Positions 26,590 through 35,944 of a stretch of 64,000 bases of DNA are shown in pieces. This stretch comes from an uncultured Acidimicrobiaceae bacterium (GTDB lineage: Bacteria > Actinomycetota > Acidimicrobiia > Spongiisociales > UBA5794). The notes beneath the pieces are model-generated. The model saw only the letters and a program-made list of their open reading frames with translations. It was not told the DNA's origin and did not search any database. The position numbers were made by a program, and so were the translations under genes. Numbering within the stretch: position 1 is the stretch's first letter; each line of letters starts with the position of its first letter. The stretch is taken from NCBI GenBank assembly GCA_964387145.1, contig CAYLVM010000001.1, positions 52,549-116,548 of the forward strand, given 5' to 3'.

Positions 26590-27743
26590 CAGAACGACGC
26601 GAGGCGTGCCCGGTACGCAGCACAGTTCGTGGCGAGATCCCCTACGGTGTCGCCACCGAAGGATCTCGTCACCTCGTTGGCGAGAACGTAGGCGACCATC
26701 TGTTCTGCGACGACACCTGCTGCAGGTACCGCACACACGTCGCTGCGCTCTCGGAACGCTTTCGCTTCCGCCCTGGTGGTCACGTCGACTGTATCGAGGG
26801 CACGCATGAGCGTCGCGATGGGCTTCATGTACGCGGTCACCCTCAGAACGTCCCCGGTCGTCATGCCGCCCTCGAGGCCTCCTGCGCGGTTCGTACGTCG
26901 AGCGTAGGCATCGTCGGTGCGGATGATCTCGTCGTGCGCCTGCGAGCCTCGAGCGCCCGCCTGAGCGAGTCCGTCCCCGATCTCGACGGCCTTGATGGCC
27001 TGGATCGACATGACCGCACCTGCAAGGAGCCCGTCGAGCTTCCTGTCCCAGTGCACGTGGCTCCCGAGACCGGGAGGCAGACCGTAGGAGAGGACCTCGA
27101 TGGAGCCACCGAGCGTGTCGCGGTCCGCTTTTGCCGACTCGATCTCTGCGATCATCGCCGATTCCACTTCGGCGTCGAATACCCGGACCTGTGATGAATC
27201 GATCTGGGCAAGGTCCCCGGGAACCGGCAGATCGACTGCGCCCGGCACGGTCACCGAACCGATGGCGGTGACGTGTGAGAAGACCTCGACACCTACTTCG
27301 CGGAGCAGCTGCTTGGAGAGGTAACCCACGATCGTGCGGGCAGCAGTCTCGCGTGCAGAGGCCCTCTCGAGGATGTCGCGTGCATCGTGCGTGTCGTACT
27401 TCATCATCCCGACGAGGTCTGCATGCCCTGGCCGGGGGGTCGTTTCGACCTTCGTGGCAGCGCCGGGATGTGGCGACATCTCCTCTTGCCACCGCGGCCA
27501 CTCCGTGTTGCGGATGAGTACGCTCACCGGTCCGCCGAGGGTCCTGGCGAAGCGAACTCCACCGAGGATCTCGACTTCGTCCTTTTCCAGCCGCATCCGG
27601 GGTCCCCGGCCGAAGCCGAGCCTGCGACGGGCAAGTTCGGCCGAGATACCGTCGGAGGAGACGGCCAGGCCCGACGGGAGGCCTTCAACGGTCGCCACGA
27701 GGCCTGGGCCGTGGGACTCTCCCGATGTGATGAAGCGCAGCAT
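26589..27743 (-). CDS. aroC: Chorismate synthase
   Basis: MLRFITSGESHGPGL...GGRSSARETAARV-like motifs. The start is the internal Met at 27743. Confidence 0.93.
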   Translation of the reverse strand: MLRFITSGESHGPGLVATVEGLPSGLAVSSDGISAELARRRLGFGRGPRMRLEKDEVEILGGVRFARTLGGPVSVLIRNTEWPRWQEEMSPHPGAATKVETTPRPGHADLVGMMKYDTHDARDILERASARETAARTIVGYLSKQLLREVGVEVFSHVTAIGSVTVPGAVDLPVPGDLAQIDSSQVRVFDAEVESAMIAEIESAKADRDTLGGSIEVLSYGLPPGLGSHVHWDRKLDGLLAGAVMSIQAIKAVEIGDGLAQAGARGSQAHDEIIRTDDAYARRTNRAGGLEGGMTTGDVLRVTAYMKPIATLMRALDTVDVTTRAEAKAFRERSDVCAVPAAGVVAEQMVAYVLANEVTRSFGGDTVGDLATNCAAYRARLASF

Positions 27744-27806
27744 GAACCGACAGGCTAGTGCGGTGGGTGCCGTCCGCCGCTTCGACCCGGCAGCTAGATT
27801 CATCAC

Positions 27807-28604
27807 ATGTACTCCAGCATCGGCTCGACGGATCACGAGGGTCGCCGCATCGACTTCGGACGAACCGCGGCCGACTATGAGCGATATCGGCCGGGATTCC
27901 CTGCGAGTTTCTTCTCGGTGTTGAAGGACCGCGAGTGGATCACAGTGGGTGATCGGGCGGTCGACCTCGGCACGGGGACGGGCACCATCGCTCTCGGCCT
28001 TGCCCGGTGTGGCCTCGACGTCACAGGGCTCGACATCGCTCCCGAACTACTCGAGGTCGCGACGAGGACTGCCGACAGGCAGCGATCGAGCGTGCAGTTC
28101 CTCGAAGGTCGGGCGGAAGCCACCGGGCTCCCTGCCTCGAGCTACGATCTCGTCACGGCCGGTCAGTGCTGGTGGTGGTTCGATAGTGGTGCTGTCATCG
28201 AGGAAGTACGTCGCATTCTTCGTCCCGGTGGGCGGTTGATCATCTGCGACTTCAGCTACCTGGTGCTACCGGACAACGTCGCAGGCCGAACGGAGGCCCT
28301 GATCCTGGAGCACAACCCGCGTTGGCCCAAGGCGGGCTGGCGAGGGATCCATCCTGAACAGGTTGAAGATCTCGACCATGGTGGGTTCTCCAACGTCGAG
28401 AGCTTCAGCTACGTCACGAAGGTCGAGTTCACACACGAAGCGTGGCGTGGACGCATCCGGACCTGCAATGGGGTCGGTTCGGCTCTCACCGATGATGCGG
28501 TCGAGTCGTTCGACAAGGACCTCGCGGGACTGCTCTTGCGGGAGTTCCCCGGCGACCTCGATGTGCCACACCGTGTCTTTGCCACCACGGGCATCGCGAC
28601 TTGA
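27807..28604 (+). CDS. Class I SAM-dependent methyltransferase (Methyltransf_11-like)
   Basis: AVDLGTGTGTIALGLA...YDLVTAGQCWWWF...LRPGGRLII. This lone plus-strand gene sits between aroC and the prepilin peptidase. Confidence 0.8.
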   Translation: MYSSIGSTDHEGRRIDFGRTAADYERYRPGFPASFFSVLKDREWITVGDRAVDLGTGTGTIALGLARCGLDVTGLDIAPELLEVATRTADRQRSSVQFLEGRAEATGLPASSYDLVTAGQCWWWFDSGAVIEEVRRILRPGGRLIICDFSYLVLPDNVAGRTEALILEHNPRWPKAGWRGIHPEQVEDLDHGGFSNVESFSYVTKVEFTHEAWRGRIRTCNGVGSALTDDAVESFDKDLAGLLLREFPGDLDVPHRVFATTGIAT

Positions 28605-28667
28605 CCGACCGGCATCCGACATCCCCGATGCGATGTGGGTCGAATGGGCGGCTTCGTGTCGGCCCGG

Positions 28668-29402
28668 CTACCCGATGTACCAGGCGATGATGGCATCGCC
28701 GAGGAGGACCGCACCGATGCCGGCGACGGTCATGAAGGGTCCGAACGGGATCGAGTCCTTGCGACTGCTGCGTCGGGTGACCAACAGGACGAGTGCTACG
28801 ACGCCACCGAGCAGGAAGGCGCCGACACCAGCAACGACGACGTGGCCCAGGGAGAGGTAGCCGGCGAAGATACCGATGAGGAACGACATCTTGACGTCAC
28901 CGAAGCCGAGACCCCCACGGGAGATCAACGCGAGGATGAACATCACTCCGAAGTACGCCGTCCCGCCTGCCACCGCCCAGAGGAGGCCGAATCGCTCACC
29001 TGAGATGATGCCACCAACGATCAGCAGGCCCGATGCGATGATCGTTGCGGGCCCGAGGATCCGGTTGGGGATCAGCTTCGTGTCGAGATCCGTGAGGGTG
29101 AGTAGGACCATGGTGCCGGAGAACACGAGGTAGGCAGGAAGCACAGCGAGCGACGGAACGGCGAGCGAGACGGCTCCCAAGAGGACGCCAGTCGCGTACG
29201 GCGTCAACCACGATGCGGTGGATTGACGGTGCGCTTCACCACGACAGCGGGTCATCGTGACGTTCAGCGATGTGTCGCACACCTCACAGAGAGGATCCCA
29301 CCAGCGATCCGGAAGGTTCCTCCGATGAGCCGAAGCCTCAGCAACGATGGCGCGCCCGGCTACCAGGCCGATGAGTGCTGAGATACTGAAGGAGAGCCAC
29401 AT
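28668..29402 (-). CDS. Prepilin peptidase (A24 family type IV leader peptidase)
   Basis: It has an N-terminal zinc tetracysteine CEVCDTS...TRCRGE and multiple transmembrane segments with GFGDVK. It is downstream of aroE, as in other actinobacteria. Confidence 0.8.
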   Translation of the reverse strand: MWLSFSISALIGLVAGRAIVAEASAHRRNLPDRWWDPLCEVCDTSLNVTMTRCRGEAHRQSTASWLTPYATGVLLGAVSLAVPSLAVLPAYLVFSGTMVLLTLTDLDTKLIPNRILGPATIIASGLLIVGGIISGERFGLLWAVAGGTAYFGVMFILALISRGGLGFGDVKMSFLIGIFAGYLSLGHVVVAGVGAFLLGGVVALVLLVTRRSSRKDSIPFGPFMTVAGIGAVLLGDAIIAWYIG

Positions 29403-29453
29403 GCACGGCGAGCATAGGGTGCATGGAGGCTCGGTCTGTGTCTTGGATCACTG

Positions 29454-30221
29454 TCAGCGTCCAGCGAGTGCCATGACGTCTTGCGGCGCAGGTAGACCCG
29501 TGAACAGTTCGAAGGCACTGAACGCCTGGCCGGTGAGCATGTCGATCCCGTCGGCGTGCGGGATCCCCATCGTCGTGGCCCAGAGAATTGCCGGAGTCGG
29601 CGTCGTGCTGTACGCCATGTCGAGGATCCCGGCAGCGTCGGCCAGCGTAGGCTCGGGAAGAGACTCACCTCTCATCCCGAGGGGTGTAGCGTTGATGACG
29701 ATGGACGCGTTGATCCCCGTCCCCCACGGAACAACGGTGACGAGCTCGCCCATCGAGTCCGCAAGGCCCGCCGCGCGTCGATCGTTGCGACCGCAGACGA
29801 TGACGGTGCGTTCGGCCATCGCAACGACAGCGGCACGGGCCGCTCCGCCGTATCCAAGGACCACAACGGGGAGATCGTCTGGCAGCTCGAGCAGTTCCAT
29901 GGCGTAGCGGACACCCTCGACATCCGTGTTGTAGCCGTGAAGGCGCCCCTGGGATGCGATGACCGTATTGACGGATCTCGACCGAGCAGCGAGTACGTCA
30001 TGCTCGTCGACCGCCTCGTAGGCATCGTCCTTGTGCGGCATCGTGACGTTGATGCCACTGAAGTGCCCGCTTCGCAGATCTGAGACGATCGAGGAGAACT
30101 CCCCTGCCGGCACTCTCACCGCCTCATACGTCGCGTCGAGACCGACGGCGGCAAGACCCGCGTTGTGGATAGCAGGCGACCGCGAATGGTCAACTGGATC
30201 GCCCACGACGGCGAACCTCAC
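29454..30221 (-). CDS. aroE: Shikimate dehydrogenase
   Basis: MRFAVVGDPVDHSRSPAIHNAG...GINVTMPHK...GYNTD. Confidence 0.92.
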   Translation of the reverse strand: MRFAVVGDPVDHSRSPAIHNAGLAAVGLDATYEAVRVPAGEFSSIVSDLRSGHFSGINVTMPHKDDAYEAVDEHDVLAARSRSVNTVIASQGRLHGYNTDVEGVRYAMELLELPDDLPVVVLGYGGAARAAVVAMAERTVIVCGRNDRRAAGLADSMGELVTVVPWGTGINASIVINATPLGMRGESLPEPTLADAAGILDMAYSTTPTPAILWATTMGIPHADGIDMLTGQAFSAFELFTGLPAPQDVMALAGR

Positions 30222-31309
30222 GGCAACACCCCGGCTTCCTTGGCTGTACGCACGTTCTTCTGATGCTCCTCATACGTTCTGGCGAACGCATGGGAACCGT
30301 CCTTGTCCGCAAGAACGTAGAAGAGGTAGTCGGTGAACTCGGGGTTCACCGCAGCTGCAAGGCTCGACATCGAAACCGTGCCGATCGGCGTGGGTGGGAG
30401 TCCGTCGATCTTGTAGGTGTTGTACGCAGACTCGATCTGCAGGTCCTGGGCGGTGACCCTGCCGTTGACCTGTCCGAGCGCGTAGACCACCGTGGCATCG
30501 ATCTGAAGCCTCATGCCGTCGGCAAGGCGGTTGTGGATCACCGACGAGATGAGTGGACGGTCCTCGTCTATTCCGGCCTCCCTCTCGATCAAGGAGCCGA
30601 TGATCAACGCGTCGTACCGAGAGATCGAAAGCGAGTCGAGTCGGGACCAGTCGACATCGTCGAGGCGCCGGTTCATCTCTGTGGTCATCTGACGGATCAC
30701 CGTTTCGGGCGTGTCGGACGGAGCGATCGGGTACCGCGCAGGATAGAGCAGGCCCTCCCACCGGGTAACGCTGTCGACGACATCCGATACCGGTGGCAGG
30801 AGGGGAGACGAAACCGCTCCCGATACGAGCACGGCCTCGTACTCCTGCCTCGTGAACGGGGTCTGTGCATCCAACTCGTCGAGAATGCGGTCGATCGTCC
30901 ATCCCTCCACCAGGGTGAACGCGCCTCCGGCGGCCTGGGAGGAACCGGTTGCCAGGATGCGCACAACCGTATCGGGGTCCATATCCGTCGTCAGTGCGTA
31001 GGTTCCCGCCTGGAGCTGGTCTTCGACACCTGCCCCACGGGCCGCATCACGCAGGTCGCTTGCCCGTGCAACCCGGGCATCATCGAGGATGCGATAGATC
31101 GTCGACGCCGAAGAACCGGGGGCGATGGTGACTTCGATGGGGATGCCTGGTTGCACCGTCCACGGATCTCCGGCAACGAGGCGGGCCGTGAAACGGGCGG
31201 CACCAAAGAGGGCGAGAGCACTCACGACGACGACACCGGCGATGAGGAGCCATCGCTTCGAGGGGGTGCCCTGCGTCTCAGAGAAGTTCGTCGGCTCCTG
31301 GTCCAGCAT
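30218..31309 (-). CDS. mltG: Endolytic murein transglycosylase MltG (YceG-like)
   Basis: An N-terminal transmembrane segment is followed by the YceG domain ...LLYPARYPIA... Confidence 0.85.
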   Translation of the reverse strand: MLDQEPTNFSETQGTPSKRWLLIAGVVVVSALALFGAARFTARLVAGDPWTVQPGIPIEVTIAPGSSASTIYRILDDARVARASDLRDAARGAGVEDQLQAGTYALTTDMDPDTVVRILATGSSQAAGGAFTLVEGWTIDRILDELDAQTPFTRQEYEAVLVSGAVSSPLLPPVSDVVDSVTRWEGLLYPARYPIAPSDTPETVIRQMTTEMNRRLDDVDWSRLDSLSISRYDALIIGSLIEREAGIDEDRPLISSVIHNRLADGMRLQIDATVVYALGQVNGRVTAQDLQIESAYNTYKIDGLPPTPIGTVSMSSLAAAVNPEFTDYLFYVLADKDGSHAFARTYEEHQKNVRTAKEAGVLP

Positions 31310-31724
31310 CGTGCCTCCGGGCGTCGAGATACGCTTGCAGCATCACGGCCGCAGCGATCTGGTCGCGCTTGTCCTTCCGCTTCCTTCGCCGTACGCCTCC
31401 CGAGATGAGTGCTTGCTCGGCCGTGACGGTCGTGAAGCGCTCATCGTGGTAGACCACCTCGACATCGACCCCTGCAGCGACCTCGCTGCCCAGGCGGCGA
31501 GCCGCTTGCGCAGCAGGGCCCTCCGTGCCGTCGAGACTGATGGGAAGCCCAACGACGATGAGGGACACTGCAAGTTCGTCACACATATCTGCGACCGCAT
31601 CAACCACGTTCTCCTTGGCTCGGTCGATGAATCGATCCGGCGAGGCGATGGTACCGGTAGGGTCCGCTACCGCCACGCCCACACGACGCTCCCCCGGGTC
31701 GAGGCCGATGATCCTCGCCATCAC
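31278..31724 (-). CDS. ruvX: Putative pre-16S rRNA nuclease / Holliday junction resolvase-like RuvX (YqgF)
   Basis: MMARIIGLDPGERRVGVAVAD. It is downstream of alaS with a 4-nt overlap. Confidence 0.88.
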   Translation of the reverse strand: MMARIIGLDPGERRVGVAVADPTGTIASPDRFIDRAKENVVDAVADMCDELAVSLIVVGLPISLDGTEGPAAQAARRLGSEVAAGVDVEVVYHDERFTTVTAEQALISGGVRRRKRKDKRDQIAAAVMLQAYLDARRHDAGPGADELL

Positions 31725-34342
31725 AGAGCAGCGAGCGCGCCCTGAGCCTCGGTGCGCCCCACAGCGATGGCTTCGTCCATCCCTTCGATATTCGGGCCAC
31801 CGGCCTGCGCGAGTTTCGGGTCCCTGCTGCCACCTCCACCGAGGGCCCTTGCGGCGGCGCCGGCGATCGCACCCGCCGATACACCGGCTTCGACGAGATC
31901 GTCGGTCACGAACACGATGAGGGCTGCCTTGCCTTCGGTGACGGATCCCAGAACACCGATCCCCGTGTCGATACGGTCACGCACAGCAAAGGCGAGGGAT
32001 CGCAACCCATCGGGACCTGCTCCGTCGAATCGCCTGGAGACGAGAAGGCGGCCATCGAACGATTCGGCATCGTCGACGATCCCCTTGGCGGCGTCGCGAC
32101 GCTCACGGTCCTCGAACTGCCCGAGACGCGCTTCTGCAGCTTTGAGACGGTCGCTGAGGGACATGGCAGCGTCAACGACCCTTCCAGGCTGGCTCTTGAG
32201 CACCTCTGATACGTTGTCGAGACGCGATCGCAACTCGACGAGGTGCTCATACCCGGCAGATCCGGTCAGGGCCTCGACTCGGCGTATGTTGCTCCCGACC
32301 GATCCTTCACTCACGAGGACGAGGGGTCCGATCTGGCCTGTGGTGGGAACGTGGGTTCCTCCGCAGAACTCTGTGGAGAAGTCACCCGTCTTGACGACGC
32401 GGACGCGTTCACCGTACTTGTCGCCGAAGAAGGCAAGCGCGCCCATCTGCTCGGCTTCGTCCTTGGTTGTTTCTACGGTCGTCACCCGTGCGTTCTCGAT
32501 GATCCGCTCGTTCGTCATCTTCTCGATGTGGTGCAGCGTCTCCGTGTCGACCGCAGCGAAGTGGGAGAAGTCGAAGCGGAGGCGGTCGGGAGCGACGAGC
32601 GATCCTGCTTGGTGGACATGATCACCGAGGACGTCCCGCAACGCCCAGTGCAGGATGTGGGTTCCGGTGTGGTTCTTCCGTGTCCGCTCTCGGCGTCGAC
32701 GATCGATCGAGGTTCGCGTGTCCTGACCGTGTTGGATGTAGCCCTTGACGACCTTCCCACGATGGCCGTGCACGCCGGGAAGCGTGAGTTGGGTATCGGT
32801 CACCTCCACGACGCCGGTCTCGGTCGTGATCGTTCCCGTATCACCGACCTGTCCCCCTGATTCCGCGTAGAAGGGCGTCACGTCGAGAAAGATCTCGACC
32901 TCACTCCCTGCCTCGGCGCGTTCGATCACCTCTCCTTCACGCAGGATGGACAGGATCGTGCCTCGTGCATCCAGGTCCTCGTATCCGACGAACTCTGTGT
33001 GATCGATGCCACGAAGCAGCTGCCGGTACGCCTCTGCCGTGTCTCCGAGATCGCCTCCCTTGAACGCCGCCCTGGCACGATGCTTCTGGCGGGCCATAGC
33101 GGCATCGAAGCCTCCACGATCGACCGAGAGCCCCCGCTCCGATACGATCTCCTCCGTGAGTTCGATCGGAAATCCGAACGTATCGTGGAGCTTGAACGCG
33201 GTCTCCCCCGGTACCGGTGCCCCTGGAGCAAGCTCCTCGAGTGCAACGTCGAGGAGCTGCTCACCCGAGGCAAGCGTCTTGGAGAACGCATGTTCTTCGC
33301 GACTTGCGAGTTCTTCGATGAAGTCCTGTCGATCCCGGATAGCCGGGTAGGCCTCGCCCATCTCGATGACCGTGGCACCGATGAGATCCGTAACGATCGG
33401 TTCCCGTGCGCCGAGCATGTGGGCGTGTCGGACTGCTCGTCGCAGCAGCCGACGCAGGATGTATCCCCTGCCCTGATTCGAGGGAACGACACCGTCGGCG
33501 ATGAGGAACGTGAGAGCACGGCCGTGGTCTGCAAGGATCCGTAGCGAGACGTCTGCCTTCTCGTTCTCCCCGTAGGTTGCGCCAGAGTGCCGTTCACCAA
33601 CGGCGAGGATGGCGCGCAGTGTGTCGGTCTCGAAGGCCGAGCCGACTCCCTGGAGGAGCATTGCGGTTCGCTCCAGGCCCATTCCCGTGTCGATCGACTT
33701 GGCTGGGAGGTCACCGACGACGTGATACGGCTCGTCCTGGATGTACTGCATGAAGACGAGGTTCCACACTTCCATGAAGCGTTCCTCATCGACGACAGGA
33801 CCCCCATCGGGCCCGTACTGCGCTCCCTTGTCGTAGAAGATCTCCGACGATGGGCCTGCGGGACCTGCAACCCCCATCTGCCAGAAGTTGTCCCGGTCTC
33901 GCCGCTGCAGTCGATCTGGCCGAACGCCAACGACGTCGAGCCAGATCTCGGCGGCCTCGTCATCGGACTCGTGGACGGTGAACCAGAGACGTTCGGGATC
34001 GAGCGCGAAACGTTCCGTGATGAGCTCGTAGGCAAGCGGTATCGCCGTCTCCTTGAAGTAGTCACCGAAAGAGAAGTTGCCGAGCATCTCGAAGTAGGAG
34101 AGGTGCCGTGCCGTCGTTCCGATCAGATCGATGTCCTCCGTACGGACACATTTCTGACTCGACACGACCCGCAGATACGGTGGCTCCTCCTCACCGAGCA
34201 GGTACGACTTGAACGGCACCATGCCTGCAACGGTCAGCAGGAGCGTGGGGTCGATCGGGATCAATGATGCGGAGGGGACGACCTGATGGTCCTTCTCAGC
34301 AAAGAACTCGAGGAATGTGGCGCGAATCTCGTTGGTAAGCAT
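31721..34342 (-). CDS. alaS: Alanine--tRNA ligase
   Basis: FFAEKDHQVVPSASLIP...MLGNFSFGDYFK plus the editing and C-terminal domains; 873 aa. Confidence 0.97.
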   Translation of the reverse strand: MLTNEIRATFLEFFAEKDHQVVPSASLIPIDPTLLLTVAGMVPFKSYLLGEEEPPYLRVVSSQKCVRTEDIDLIGTTARHLSYFEMLGNFSFGDYFKETAIPLAYELITERFALDPERLWFTVHESDDEAAEIWLDVVGVRPDRLQRRDRDNFWQMGVAGPAGPSSEIFYDKGAQYGPDGGPVVDEERFMEVWNLVFMQYIQDEPYHVVGDLPAKSIDTGMGLERTAMLLQGVGSAFETDTLRAILAVGERHSGATYGENEKADVSLRILADHGRALTFLIADGVVPSNQGRGYILRRLLRRAVRHAHMLGAREPIVTDLIGATVIEMGEAYPAIRDRQDFIEELASREEHAFSKTLASGEQLLDVALEELAPGAPVPGETAFKLHDTFGFPIELTEEIVSERGLSVDRGGFDAAMARQKHRARAAFKGGDLGDTAEAYRQLLRGIDHTEFVGYEDLDARGTILSILREGEVIERAEAGSEVEIFLDVTPFYAESGGQVGDTGTITTETGVVEVTDTQLTLPGVHGHRGKVVKGYIQHGQDTRTSIDRRRRERTRKNHTGTHILHWALRDVLGDHVHQAGSLVAPDRLRFDFSHFAAVDTETLHHIEKMTNERIIENARVTTVETTKDEAEQMGALAFFGDKYGERVRVVKTGDFSTEFCGGTHVPTTGQIGPLVLVSEGSVGSNIRRVEALTGSAGYEHLVELRSRLDNVSEVLKSQPGRVVDAAMSLSDRLKAAEARLGQFEDRERRDAAKGIVDDAESFDGRLLVSRRFDGAGPDGLRSLAFAVRDRIDTGIGVLGSVTEGKAALIVFVTDDLVEAGVSAGAIAGAAARALGGGGSRDPKLAQAGGPNIEGMDEAIAVGRTEAQGALAAL

Positions 34343-34368
34343 GGTCAGGCGAGGTTAGCCGTGGTTTC

Positions 34369-34578
34369 CTAGTCAACCGTTGGCGTCGCCTTGATGGCAG
34401 AACGCTGGAGACGGCGACCTGTGTACTCGATGACGTCGGCGGCCAGGGTTGCTCCGACACGCCCCACGCCTTCGGCGTCGAGACGCTCGCGCATCGCCCT
34501 GGCCCGGGTCACGACGACAACGGTCATCCCGAGGGTCGCAGCAGAGCCGTAGACGAACCATCGTGCACGGGTGAACAT
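34369..34578 (-). CDS. Small hypothetical membrane protein (69 aa, single transmembrane segment)
   Basis: The ORF sits in the alaS-rarA spacer with a hydrophobic stretch FVYGSAATLGMTVVVV. It is supported only by context and hydrophobicity. Confidence 0.4.
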   Translation of the reverse strand: MFTRARWFVYGSAATLGMTVVVVTRARAMRERLDAEGVGRVGATLAADVIEYTGRRLQRSAIKATPTVD

Positions 34579-34606
34579 GACCCAAGGTTACCCCGAGCTC
34601 CCGGTC

Positions 34607-35944
34607 CTAGCGGCGGGGCGCCTTCCCGAGGATCTCATCGATGCGTGCGAGGCGCTCGGCAAGCGCCGCCTCGTCGCCAACGCGCTTCGGGTGATAGAAC
34701 AGTGCATCCTCGAGGCCATCGGGGAGGTACTGCTGGGACACGACGGATCGCGGATCGCCATGGGGGTACACGTACCCGACTCCGAAGCCGAGCTCGCGAT
34801 CACCGGCGGTCGCACCGGCTCTGAGGTGCGGGGGCACCTCCCCGCCTGATCCTTCGGTCACCGCTTCTCTGGCTGCGATCATCGCTTCCTTCACCGAGTT
34901 GGACTTCGGTGCGAGGCTGAGGGTCAGCGCGGCGTGGGTGAGGCTGTAGGCCGCCTCAGGAAGACCAACGAACTCGAGTGCAGCGAACGAATCGACTGCC
35001 GTCGCCAAGGCTGAGGGGTCGGCGATCCCGACGTCCTCCGATGCAAAGATCACCATCCGGCGGGCGATCAATCGCGGGTCCTCTCCAGCTTCGAGCATCG
35101 TGTGGAGCCAGTACACAGCAGCGTCGGGATCGCTGCCACGCATCGACTTGATGAAAGCAGACAGAACGTCGTAGTGCCGGTCCCCTGCCCGGTCGTAGCG
35201 GATGATCCGACGTTGGAGCGCCTCCTCGACGCACCCGAGGTCGATCACTCCACTTGACCTGCCCCGTGCGATGGTTGCGGCGACATCGAGTGTGTTGAGC
35301 GCCAAGCGGGCATCACCTCCTACTCGTTCTCCGATCGCTTCGAGAGCAGGCTCGTCTGCCTCGATGTCAGCCAGACCACGCATCGGGTCGCCAAGCGCCC
35401 CGAGGAGTACGTCGAGGATCTCGCGAGGAGTCAAGGGCTCGGTGCGAAAGATCGTCGACCGTGAGATCAGCGGAGAGTTCACTTCGAAGAACGGGTTCTC
35501 CGTCGTGGCTCCGATCAGGATCACCGTGCCATCTTCTACGCCGGGAAGCAGCGCATCCTGCTGTGCCTTGTTGAATCGGTGTATCTCGTCGAGGAACAGG
35601 ATGGTCCTGCCCCGCCCCTCACCGAGCCGCTGTTCGGCTCTGGCAAGGACTCCGCGCACGTCCTTCACACCTGCAGCGGTTGCAGAGAGTTGCTCGAAGC
35701 TCCCACCGATGCTGGACGCTATGAGGCGAGCGAGTGTTGTCTTTCCTGTTCCCGGCGGACCCCACAGGATCATGGACGAGACATTGCCCGTGTCGAGCAT
35801 CGCGCGAAATGCAGCCCCTTCTCCAAGCAGGTGACGCTGGCCGACGACTTCGTCGAGGGTCCGGGGCCGCATCCTGGCCGGGAGTGGAGCGTGAGCGCGC
35901 TTTGCCTCGTGCCTGCTCGTCGAAAAGAGGTCGTCGTCCGCCAT
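34607..35944 (-). CDS. rarA: Replication-associated recombination protein A (RarA/MgsA AAA+ ATPase)
   Basis: LWGPPGTGKTTLA...ILFLDEIHRFNKAQQD. Confidence 0.93.
   Translation of the reverse strand: MADDDLFSTSRHEAKRAHAPLPARMRPRTLDEVVGQRHLLGEGAAFRAMLDTGNVSSMILWGPPGTGKTTLARLIASSIGGSFEQLSATAAGVKDVRGVLARAEQRLGEGRGRTILFLDEIHRFNKAQQDALLPGVEDGTVILIGATTENPFFEVNSPLISRSTIFRTEPLTPREILDVLLGALGDPMRGLADIEADEPALEAIGERVGGDARLALNTLDVAATIARGRSSGVIDLGCVEEALQRRIIRYDRAGDRHYDVLSAFIKSMRGSDPDAAVYWLHTMLEAGEDPRLIARRMVIFASEDVGIADPSALATAVDSFAALEFVGLPEAAYSLTHAALTLSLAPKSNSVKEAMIAAREAVTEGSGGEVPPHLRAGATAGDRELGFGVGYVYPHGDPRSVVSQQYLPDGLEDALFYHPKRVGDEAALAERLARIDEILGKAPRR

Noticed and set aside
26092-27501. 469-aa minus-strand ORF
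   Set aside because: It is a fusion artefact: only the last 165 aa (aroK, from 26589) are real, and the remainder is an alternate frame of aroC.
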